Assembly: GCA_009840135.1 (NCBI GenBank)
Contig: VXOH01000101.1
Coordinates: 8,106 to 72,105 of the forward strand
Source of the DNA: Chloroflexota bacterium
GTDB taxonomy: Bacteria > Chloroflexota > Dehalococcoidia > Lucifugimonadales > UBA3495
Length of the DNA stretch: 64,000 nucleotides
Direction: 5' to 3'
Made by a program: the position numbers and the translations under genes
Shown here: piece after piece, positions 37,493-45,415 of the stretch
Layout: every line of letters starts with the position of its first letter
Numbering within the stretch: the stretch's first letter is position 1
The notes under the pieces: generated by a model
Databases searched by the model: none
Told to the model about the DNA's origin: nothing
Seen by the model: only the letters and a program-made list of their open reading frames with translations

Positions 37493-39163
37493 ATGCCCAA
37501 CCTGAACGGAGGACACCTTTTCATCCGCTGCCTGAAACAGGAGGGCATTAAGCGGGTGTTTACCATCGTCGGAGACACCGTACTGCCCCTGGTGGACGCG
37601 GCGGCCGACGAGGGGATCGAGTTTATAGACACCCGACACGAAGGCGCTGCCATGCACATGGCCGACGGCTACGCCCGCATCACCGGCGAGCCGGCGGTAG
37701 CGCTTTTCACGGGCGGGCCAGGATTCTCCAATGCCATTTCTGGTCTGCCCGCTATTTATACGTCGGAGAGCCCGGTAATTTTCGTGGCCGGATGCGCCGA
37801 ACTGCCGGAGAAAGGCATGACCACATTCCAGGAAGTGGACCAGATCGGAATGACGGCTCCGGTCACCAAGGGGTCATGGCTGATCCACGACCGCCGACGC
37901 ATTCCTGAGTTCGTGGCTACTGCATTCCGCACGGCAATGTCGGGACGTCCCGGCCCGGTACACCTGACCCTGCCCATAGACATCCAGGACGAACCCGTGT
38001 CCGAGGAAGAACTGCCTCCGTACCTGCCCAGCGAATACCGCAACATGGGACGCCCCCAGGGAGATCCAGCCCAGATCCAGCAAGCCGCCGACCTGCTTCG
38101 CCAGGCCCAGAGGCCGGTAATCATAGTAGGCAATCCGGCTCGCTACGGTGCCAGCCAGGAGCAATTGACCGCCCTGGTTGAAGCTTCGGGTATACCCGCC
38201 TTTACCGTCGAACAAGCCAGGGGAATGATTGACGACGAACATCCCCTTTGCTTCGGTTATGCCGACGGCGCCCTCAATTCCACGGCCCGCCGTTTCCGGG
38301 AGGCTGATGTGGTTCTCCTGCTGGGCAAGCGGCTGGACCACCGCTACCGCTACGGCCAGGTTTTCGGCCCGGACGCAAAATTGATCCAGGCAGATCCCTC
38401 GGCCGCGGAAATAGGCCGGAACCGCGGCGTTGCCGTGGGATTGCTGGGGGACCTGGGCGCCATCACTGAACAGTTGACCGTCGCTGTTGGGCGGGGCAGC
38501 CGGACCAACATCGGCGAGTGGGTTACCCAACTGGGCCAGGACCGGCAAGCCTGGCTGGACAGCCTTAGAGCCAATGCCACCGGCGAGGAACCGATGCACC
38601 CGCTGGACGTTTACACCGGGATTGAACACCTGGTGGATGAGGACTCGTTCATAGTTATGGACGGCGGCGACTACGTGCAGTGGGGACGGTCCTATTTCAG
38701 CGCGCGCAAGCCCGGTCACTTCCTGCGACTGGGGCCCCTGAGCCATCTCGGCGCTGGCATACCCTACGGAATGGCCGCCAAGCTGGCCCATCCGGAGAGC
38801 AAGGTGTTTGTCTTTTGCGGTGACGGTTCCTTTGGTTTCTATCCCATGGAATACGACACGTGCATTCGTCACAACCTGCCCATAACCACCGTGCTGGGCA
38901 ATGACTCCAACTGGGGAATTGACAAGACTTTCCAACTGGCCTATTACGGGCGAGCCGTCGGCACGGACCTGCGCTTCATCCGCTATGACCAGGTGGTGGA
39001 GGCCATAGGAGGGTACGCGGAGTACGTTGAGAAGCCTTCGGAAGTAGGCGCCGCGGTGGAACGGGCCATTAACTCAGGCCGACCTTCGCTGGTAAACGTA
39101 GCGGTAAAGCCGGGAGCCAGCCCACTGGCCCAAGCCATGATTGCACGAAGGACAGGGGGATAG
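37493..39163 (+). CDS. thiamine-diphosphate-dependent enzyme (acetolactate synthase / oxalyl-CoA decarboxylase superfamily)
   Basis: ATG 37493 follows AAGGAG. GGHLFIRCLKQEGIKRVFTIVGD ... HEGAAMHMADGYAR ... GDGSFGF ... NDSNWG (ThDP-binding motif). Confidence 0.8.
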   Translation: MPNLNGGHLFIRCLKQEGIKRVFTIVGDTVLPLVDAAADEGIEFIDTRHEGAAMHMADGYARITGEPAVALFTGGPGFSNAISGLPAIYTSESPVIFVAGCAELPEKGMTTFQEVDQIGMTAPVTKGSWLIHDRRRIPEFVATAFRTAMSGRPGPVHLTLPIDIQDEPVSEEELPPYLPSEYRNMGRPQGDPAQIQQAADLLRQAQRPVIIVGNPARYGASQEQLTALVEASGIPAFTVEQARGMIDDEHPLCFGYADGALNSTARRFREADVVLLLGKRLDHRYRYGQVFGPDAKLIQADPSAAEIGRNRGVAVGLLGDLGAITEQLTVAVGRGSRTNIGEWVTQLGQDRQAWLDSLRANATGEEPMHPLDVYTGIEHLVDEDSFIVMDGGDYVQWGRSYFSARKPGHFLRLGPLSHLGAGIPYGMAAKLAHPESKVFVFCGDGSFGFYPMEYDTCIRHNLPITTVLGNDSNWGIDKTFQLAYYGRAVGTDLRFIRYDQVVEAIGGYAEYVEKPSEVGAAVERAINSGRPSLVNVAVKPGASPLAQAMIARRTGG

Positions 39164-39187
39164 GAAACCTTTGAACGCAATAGTATC

Positions 39188-39220
39188 GGGGCGAGCAGAT
39201 TGTTCGCCCCGGTTGTTCTT
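39188..39220 (+). terminator. terminator after the ThDP enzyme gene
   Basis: GGGGCGA (39188-39194) pairs with TCGCCCC (39204-39210), followed by GGTTGTTCTT. Confidence 0.55.
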
Positions 39221-39474
39221 GCCATCCAATTGGATTTGCGCAGAGCGTGGCTTTCGTAAAGGGTTATCGTCCCTGTCCGGAAAGTTAGGGGTAATTGGTT
39301 AATGGGAAGGTTTTCGCCTTGGGTTGCCCTTATCCTTTCCTACCAGGGTTGGCAACCTTTGTTTCTTCTTCTTGCTCCTTGGACCAATCGAAGGGTTTAA
39401 CGGCTCGCCGGGACCCTCCAGGTGCCTCCTGGTTTTGCTTGGACTAATTGGCCCTTTGTTGCTTCTTAGGTCTA

Positions 39475-39912
39475 TTACTCTTCGGCATGCTCGGCAAAAG
39501 GAGGCGGCGGCTCGTTGAATGGAACTCCGTCACGTTGGGCTGCCTGCATCCGGTCGTACCAATCTCGCCAAGCCTTCTCTCTTCTTATGGCCCCCTTGGC
39601 CCGTCCCCGGGCCTCACCTTTGGCTTCACCCCGGGCCTCCGCTTCTCGCCTCGCCTCTTCAAACTGCTCCTTGATTTTCTCCCGGGCCCAAAAGACCATG
39701 TAGTAACTCCTTTCGGCGACGGTAACCAGAAAAGTGTAGCCTGCGCCCACCACCGACAACAAGGTTGCGCTGGCCAGCAGGGTCTCATCGCCTACTCCCC
39801 AGCCCTTCATGGCGCCACCCCAGGAATATGAAACCGCAAGGACTATGGGAATGCCAATCAGGATGTGACGGAAAGGCCATTGCGGACTATGGTTCATCGG
39901 CGACTCTGGCAA
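39475..39912 (-). CDS. small 2-TM membrane protein with a conserved C-terminal WY-x-RMQ-x-AQR-x-G-x-PF-x-EPPP tail, paralog of 54146..54577
   Basis: TTG 39912 or ATG 39897. Two hydrophobic helices, a charged EARREAEARGEAKGEARGRAKG linker, then WRDWYDRMQAAQRDGVPFNEPPPP. Confidence 0.7.
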   Translation of the reverse strand: MPESPMNHSPQWPFRHILIGIPIVLAVSYSWGGAMKGWGVGDETLLASATLLSVVGAGYTFLVTVAERSYYMVFWAREKIKEQFEEARREAEARGEAKGEARGRAKGAIRREKAWRDWYDRMQAAQRDGVPFNEPPPPFAEHAEE

Positions 39913-39970
39913 CTAGCTACCATTTATTGTAACACATTAATATCAGACTAAAATAGACTAACATAGAGAA

Positions 39971-39992
39971 CAGGCGGCCAATTGGCCGCCTG
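39971..39992 (-). terminator. terminator of the VOC gene pair
   Basis: CAGGCGGCC-AATT-GGCCGCCTG, a perfect 9-bp stem, followed on the minus strand by a T-rich, AT-rich tract (39913-39970). Confidence 0.7.
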
Positions 39993-40025
39993 CTCAAGGT
40001 GGAAACAAGATGCCAACCTGCAATC

Positions 40026-40466
40026 TCAGTAGTGGCGCAATTCCACCACATTGTCGTCTGGGTCGTAGATGTAAAGGGACATACCGTCGCCATGGGAGCC
40101 CCACCGCTTGCCGGGGCCGGCCTGGATTTCCACCCCTATAGCTTCAAACTGTGCCTTCAGGGCTTCCATATCAGTGGGTTCAATTACCATGCAGTAATGG
40201 TCCTGGTTCTTGGCCCCCTCTTTCCCAATAGGCTCCTGGTCGCTGGCGAAGAGGTCAATGATGGTGTCGGCGTTCAGCCTGACCGAAGGGAAACGGACTT
40301 CCCCTGCCCGCCACTGCTCCACCCGTTCAACCTGCAGACCGAGGACTTCAGAGTAGAAGCTCAAAGAACTTTCAACATCGCTCACTCTGAGGACTATATG
40401 ATCCATTTCGGTGATAGTTACCAGGGGCTGAGATACGCGTGACCCGGTTTCAATTTGTGTAGCCAT
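40026..40466 (-). CDS. VOC/glyoxalase-family protein
   Basis: MDHIVLRVSDVESSLSFYSEVLGLQV ... DHYCMVI ... SLYIYDPDDNVVEL. Confidence 0.8.
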   Translation of the reverse strand: MATQIETGSRVSQPLVTITEMDHIVLRVSDVESSLSFYSEVLGLQVERVEQWRAGEVRFPSVRLNADTIIDLFASDQEPIGKEGAKNQDHYCMVIEPTDMEALKAQFEAIGVEIQAGPGKRWGSHGDGMSLYIYDPDDNVVELRHY

Positions 40467-40492
40467 GCCTTTTCTCCTCCAATTAGGTTGGG

Positions 40493-40996
40493 CTAGTCGG
40501 CCTCAACAGGGACCGAGTTGTACTGGGGATGTCGCCTCCACTGAGGGCTCTCGTCGTGGTGGGGAATCTGGAACTCATTCCCATCGGCGTCCTGAATGCC
40601 CAGTGCGTGCTGGACCAGCTCGATCATGTTGCCGTCGGGGTCGTGAACATAGGTATAACAGCCACTGCTGTAATCCCGGCGGCCCCAGGAGTTTTCGGAT
40701 TCATTCCTGCGGCCCGGGGTGGTGGTATAAGGAACGCCCAGGCGCTCCAGATTCTCGATCAATTCGTCCCAGTCGTTGATTTCCACAGCGAAATGCACTG
40801 ATGGCACCGGAGTTGGATTACGGGAATCAGTGGTATGAATCTCGCCGTTTCCTATCCTCAACTGCAACTGGCGGGCGTTCAATTCCGGGCCGCGGTCCAG
40901 AAATTCGGCACCCAGGACATCCTCGTAGAACTTTCGGGTCTTTTCCCGGTCGCTGACCTGAATGTTTATGTGCTGGATCAAGGTAACTCTGGACAT
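40493..40996 (-). CDS. VOC/glyoxalase-family protein
   Basis: IQHINIQVSDREKTRKFYEDVLGAEF ... VHFAVEI ... YVHDPDGNMIELV. Confidence 0.8.
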   Translation of the reverse strand: MSRVTLIQHINIQVSDREKTRKFYEDVLGAEFLDRGPELNARQLQLRIGNGEIHTTDSRNPTPVPSVHFAVEINDWDELIENLERLGVPYTTTPGRRNESENSWGRRDYSSGCYTYVHDPDGNMIELVQHALGIQDADGNEFQIPHHDESPQWRRHPQYNSVPVEAD

Positions 40997-41090
40997 GAGC
41001 CTACCTCCTTTCCCAATCTTGACGATGAAAGTTCCCCAGTTTTCCTGACTTTACTACTGGAATCGGCAAAAGGGCAAGGGGGTGCATGCG

Positions 41091-41840
41091 TTAACCACCG
41101 AAGGTCCTTTCCCCGCCGTTCACATGGATGGTCTGGCCCGAAATGTAGTCGCCGGCATCAGTACACAGGAACAGGCAAAGACCGGCTATGTCGTCAGTGT
41201 AGCCCATCCGTCCGGCGGGGATGTCCGCCAGACGGTTTCCTGTGCGGGGAGCATTGCCACCGTCCCGAGTGGTATCAATCATGCCAGGAACCACACAATT
41301 CACCCGGATGCCGTGGGGGCCCAACTCTGTGGATAAGGCGCGAGTAAATCCCACGAGGCCCACCTTGGCCGCTGAAATGTGGGCGCCGCCGTGCCTTCCC
41401 TGGTGTGCCTGCAACCCTCCCAGGTTAATTATGCGGCCCCAGCCCCGCTCCAGCATTCCGGGCACCGCGGCCCGGGAGGTTATGAAGGCCGAATCCAGGT
41501 CAGTGGCGAGAACTCCCCTCCAGTCGTCGTAGGTCATTTCGCTGAAGGGCTTGTGCGGCCGCACCGAGGCGTTGTTAATCACAATATCCAGATGCCCAAA
41601 TTCCGACAAAGCATTGTCCAGCAGACTTTCCAGTTCCTCGCGGTTTCCGACGTCCGCCAGGATTGGGAGCGCCTGGCGACCCAGTTCGCGAATTTCGGCG
41701 GAGACCGACGACACGTCATCCATATTGGCGCGGGCGTTCACCACGACGTCCGCCCCCTCCCGGGCCAGGGCCAGGGCTATTGACCGCCCGATGTTTCGCC
41801 CTGAGCCGGTGACTAGCGCGGTCTTTCCTTCCAGTTGCAT
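41091..41840 (-). CDS. SDR-family oxidoreductase lacking the canonical Ser and Tyr catalytic residues
   Basis: ATG 41840 follows GGAGGG. TGSGRNIGRSIA and NNAS are present. The active-site region reads NLGGLQAHQGRHGGAHISAAKVG rather than S...Y-x-x-x-K. Confidence 0.75.
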   Translation of the reverse strand: MQLEGKTALVTGSGRNIGRSIALALAREGADVVVNARANMDDVSSVSAEIRELGRQALPILADVGNREELESLLDNALSEFGHLDIVINNASVRPHKPFSEMTYDDWRGVLATDLDSAFITSRAAVPGMLERGWGRIINLGGLQAHQGRHGGAHISAAKVGLVGFTRALSTELGPHGIRVNCVVPGMIDTTRDGGNAPRTGNRLADIPAGRMGYTDDIAGLCLFLCTDAGDYISGQTIHVNGGERTFGG

Positions 41841-42076
41841 TTTCCCTCCGTAACTTCTTGCATTAGACAGGCCTTGATCAGTCGCCATTATGAATACCGC
41901 GCAATTACATGGCAACCGCTCAGGCAGTACCAGAGGCGGAGGGAACATGCACGAAATTAACAGGATCCCTTGAATTCAACAGTTCTTGATCGGCGGGCCC
42001 AATTCGGAGAAATGCGCCTAGCGCAACCCGGTATGCCGACTTATAATGGCAACATCTTCCTTCAGGAGAGTGGAGA

Positions 42077-42403
42077 ATGTATCTGGTACGCAGAGTATGC
42101 AAAACCAAGCCCGGCCAGGCATGGGCCGTAGCCGGCTACCTGGCCAAGATTTGTGAAGCCTACGAGGAAAACGGGCGTGAAAAGGCGCGCATCTACATTG
42201 AGGGACAGGGACTGCCGGGCACGCCGAATCGGGTCTATTGTGAATGGACCCAGGACACCATCGAGCCCAACTGGCCGACGAATATTCCCCAGGCGGTAAG
42301 GGAATTCAATCCCAAACTTCAGGAACTGCTGGACGAGTACCTGCTGGAAATCTTCGAGGTTGCCACCCAGGAGAAACTGGTCCAACGGGGCGTCGCCCAG
42401 TAA
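42077..42403 (+). CDS. hypothetical small protein (possibly a NIPSNAP/ABM-like alpha+beta fold)
   Basis: 108 aa with RBS GGAGAG. The N-terminal pattern MYLVRRVCKTKPGQAWAVAGYL resembles dimeric alpha+beta barrel proteins. The assignment is weak. Confidence 0.5.
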   Translation: MYLVRRVCKTKPGQAWAVAGYLAKICEAYEENGREKARIYIEGQGLPGTPNRVYCEWTQDTIEPNWPTNIPQAVREFNPKLQELLDEYLLEIFEVATQEKLVQRGVAQ

Positions 42404-42505
42404 CCTGTTGACAGCCGAGAACCGATCGGAATACAGGGCGGCGCCTTTCATAAATGGCAAGGCTGCCGCCCATTCCAGTTTGCCCGTTAATTTCAGGAGT
42501 ACGCC

Positions 42506-43324
42506 ATGCTTATTGTTGATGCGCAGGTGCATATCTGGGGAGCCAATCTTCCAACCAACCCGGCTCACCGGCAGATAACCTCCTACAGCAAAGACGACCT
42601 GCTCAGGGAAATGGATGAGGCCGGAGTGGACGCCGCCGTAATTCATCCCCCTGGCTGGGACCCCAACTCGGGCCCTCTGGCTCTGGAAGCGGCGGCCGCG
42701 CACCCCCAGCGGTTGTCAATTCTCGGAAACTTTCCCCTGGACCAGGAATCGAGCCACGGCCTGGTGACAGGCTGGAAGCAGCAGCCCGGAATGCTGGGGC
42801 TTCGCTTTACGTTCCAGCAGCCCCACATGCTTTCCTGGCCCAGCGACGGGACCATGGACTGGCTGTGGCCGGCTGCCGCTGCCAACGGCCTGCCGGTAGC
42901 GCTGGCCTGTTCCGCCTTCCTGAGCGATGTGGGCCCCATAGCCGAGAGGAATCCCGAAGTATGGCTCATCGTTGACCACTTCGGTCGTGGCGGCGGGGCC
43001 ACGGACGCAGGGGCCTGGGCCAATCTGCCCGACCTGCTGGCCCTGGCCAAGTACCCGAATGTGGCCGTCAAGGCGACCGGTGCTCCCAGCTATTCCAGCG
43101 CCGCGTATCCCTACACCAACATTCATGACTACATTCACCAGGTTTACGATGCCTTTGGCCCTGAGCGCATGTTCTGGGGAACGGACATTACCCGCATGCC
43201 CTGTTCCTGGAAGGAATGCATAACCATGTTCACCGAGGAACTGCCCTGGCTCAATGACAACGACAAGGAACTCATCATGGGACGGGCGCTGTGCAACTGG
43301 ATTGGCTGGGACCTGCCCGGCTAA
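42506..43324 (+). CDS. amidohydrolase-2 (PF04909) family hydrolase
   Basis: LIVDAQVHIW ... VDAAVIHPP ... LIVDHFG ... MFWGTDITRMP. Confidence 0.8.
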   Translation: MLIVDAQVHIWGANLPTNPAHRQITSYSKDDLLREMDEAGVDAAVIHPPGWDPNSGPLALEAAAAHPQRLSILGNFPLDQESSHGLVTGWKQQPGMLGLRFTFQQPHMLSWPSDGTMDWLWPAAAANGLPVALACSAFLSDVGPIAERNPEVWLIVDHFGRGGGATDAGAWANLPDLLALAKYPNVAVKATGAPSYSSAAYPYTNIHDYIHQVYDAFGPERMFWGTDITRMPCSWKECITMFTEELPWLNDNDKELIMGRALCNWIGWDLPG

Positions 43325-43427
43325 GGAAGGGAACCCAGGCTTGTCGGCAAAGGGATGCCCCGACGCCGCACAGGATGAAGTGGTGAGCGTCACCGGCAAT
43401 CTTGTGATAATTATTGGCCTGTTTTAT

Positions 43428-43456
43428 TTGACCTGTTGATGTACAGAGGTTAGAAT
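43428..43456 (+). promoter_or_regulatory. near-consensus promoter (TTGACC-17-TAGAAT)
   Basis: -35 at 43428-43433, 17-nt spacer, -10 at 43451-43456. The leader to ATG 43563 is about 100 nt. Confidence 0.6.
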
Positions 43457-43562
43457 CTGGCTCAAGGCACCTTGAGCAAGGCCAGGCGCAAAGGCAATAC
43501 CCGCCCTGTTTTTTCAAGTACGGTCGCGCGAGTCAATGCCGCCAGTCAGGAGGTAAACCCAA

Positions 43563-44633
43563 ATGGACTTTGGAATCTTTCTGGATTTTCCGACCAGTGG
43601 CGGTTCCCACGAAGCAGCCTTCCGGGACACCTTTGAGCTGGTTGATCTGGCCGATGAGCTGGGACTGGATACCGTCTGGCTGGGTGAAACCCACTTCACG
43701 CCTGAAAGGGCGGTACATTCCGCCCAGATGGTAATTGCAAGCGCCATCGCTTCCAGGACGAAACAGTTGCGGGTGGGGTCGGCAGTTCACGTGCTGCCCC
43801 TGATTCATCCTCTTCGCATTGCAGAAGAGGCCGCGACCGTGGACCAGGTCAGCGAAGGCCGGTTCGAGTTTGGCGTGGGTCGCAGCGGCAATATGCGAGC
43901 CTATGACACCATGGGCATTGATTACATGGAAAGCAAGGACCGGTTTCAGGAGGCCCTGGAAATCATTATGCAGGCCTTCACCCAGGAGTCCTTTTCCTAT
44001 GAAGGAAAATACAACCATATAACTAATGCCCGCCTTACTCCCCGCCCGTTTACCAAGCCCCACCCCAAAATCAGGCTTGCTTCCAGCGGCGAAGAAAGCT
44101 TCGAGCGCGTGGGACGGCTGGGCTTCCCCATCTTTCTTTCCATGCGCGGCATGGATGTGAACGAACTGGAGTCAAACCTCAAGAATTACCACCTGGCCTG
44201 GAAAAAGGCCGGCCATGTGGGTGACAGCGGCGATATTTCGGTAAGATTCCCCATGTACGTGGCCCCCACGGAGGAGGATGCCCTGGAAGAGCCGCGGGAG
44301 AGTATCGAGAGTTATTTCCGGAGGATGCGCGAGCGCTTCCAGCAAGGCAGGTTTGAAGAAGCCCTGGCGGATGTAAGCGGTGGCAAAGACCTGATCGAAG
44401 CGCGACGGGAAAGGTTGGCCCGCCTTGAGTCCATGACCTACCAGGAAATCCTGGATACCAAGGTCATCGTGGGCAGCCCGGACCAGGTGATAGACAAACT
44501 CCACCAATACCGGGAAAAGCTGGGCATAAACGGGTTCACGGCGGAACTCAACCCGGGAAACCTGCTGCCCAAGGAGGCGGTGCAACGAAGCCTGAAGCTG
44601 ATAACGGAAGAAGTAATGCCGGCTTTCAAGTAG
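43563..44633 (+). CDS. LLM-class flavin-dependent oxidoreductase
   Basis: RBS AGGAGG. MDFGIFLDF ... LGLDTVWLGETHF ... RVGSAVHVLPLIHPLRIAEEAATVDQVSEGRFEFGVGRS. Confidence 0.85.
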   Translation: MDFGIFLDFPTSGGSHEAAFRDTFELVDLADELGLDTVWLGETHFTPERAVHSAQMVIASAIASRTKQLRVGSAVHVLPLIHPLRIAEEAATVDQVSEGRFEFGVGRSGNMRAYDTMGIDYMESKDRFQEALEIIMQAFTQESFSYEGKYNHITNARLTPRPFTKPHPKIRLASSGEESFERVGRLGFPIFLSMRGMDVNELESNLKNYHLAWKKAGHVGDSGDISVRFPMYVAPTEEDALEEPRESIESYFRRMRERFQQGRFEEALADVSGGKDLIEARRERLARLESMTYQEILDTKVIVGSPDQVIDKLHQYREKLGINGFTAELNPGNLLPKEAVQRSLKLITEEVMPAFK

Positions 44634-44659
44634 CTTGAAGGGAATCCAAAGAAAAGCAA

Positions 44660-44694
44660 CAGGGGCGGGTTCGTTACCCGCCCCTGCTTTGTTT
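44660..44694. terminator. bidirectional terminator
   Basis: CAGGGGCGGGT (44660-44670) pairs perfectly with ACCCGCCCCTG (44676-44686). T-rich tracts flank it on both strands. Confidence 0.8.
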
Positions 44695-44723
44695 GGCAAC
44701 CGGCAACGCCGGTCGGATTGGGC

Positions 44724-45242
44724 TTAGTCGGCGCTGCCCACCGGCAGCTTGGCGCCCTGGAAGGGCCCTTCAGTGGCCTCAAAGCTCTGGGCGAAGGACA
44801 TTATTTCGTCATCGGACTGGTTTTCCAGGTCAATAGGGCGGCTGAACCCCTGCTTGACGACATAGCCGGTCTTGTAATAGACCTCGCCCACGTTGCCCTC
44901 GGGGTCTTCAAAGTAGATGCTGTTGGATATGCCGTGGGTGACGGTGCGCAGAATGGTTGTGCCCTCTTCGCTGAACCGCCGGTTCAACTCCCGAAGGGAG
45001 TCCATGCTGGGCACAATGAAGGAAACCTGTCCTACGTTGCGGGTGCGGGGACGGTTGTCGTTGGCCTGCCCCAGGTTGAGTTCGTGGTGCTCGTTGTCCG
45101 GGTCGGCGCTGAGGAAGCAGCTCCCCCGGTCCGGGTCTTCATCGGTGACGGTCAGGCCCAGGACGCGGGTGTAGAAATCGCGCATTTTCAGAAAGTCGTC
45201 GCAAATAATTCCGACGTGTCCCAAGTTTGATATGAGTGCCAT
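44724..45242 (-). CDS. VOC-family protein (extradiol dioxygenase/glyoxalase fold)
   Basis: ATG 45242 follows GGAG. LGHVGIICDDFLKMRDFYTRVLGL ... HHELNLG ... VGQVSFIV ... SIYFEDPEGNVGEV. Confidence 0.8.
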   Translation of the reverse strand: MALISNLGHVGIICDDFLKMRDFYTRVLGLTVTDEDPDRGSCFLSADPDNEHHELNLGQANDNRPRTRNVGQVSFIVPSMDSLRELNRRFSEEGTTILRTVTHGISNSIYFEDPEGNVGEVYYKTGYVVKQGFSRPIDLENQSDDEIMSFAQSFEATEGPFQGAKLPVGSAD

Positions 45243-45415
45243 GTCAGTACCTCCAGTCCTTGTTTTGGGGCAATGGTAGCACCGGCCAAACCTGCGCGCA
45301 ATATTGACAGGTATGATGGCCAGGCCGCATACAAAGAGCCTGGCCCCGAAGCAGGGTGGCGTCAGGGACTGCCCCCCGGGCTGAGGCAAATAAAGGCCGG
45401 AAAGGATGTTTCTAC

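Noticed and set aside
39221-39474. Possible third small EPPP-tail gene or other small ORF in the 310-bp gap after the ThDP enzyme gene.
   Set aside because: Six-frame reading gives no ORF with a start, an RBS or the tail motif. Only short hairpins are present.
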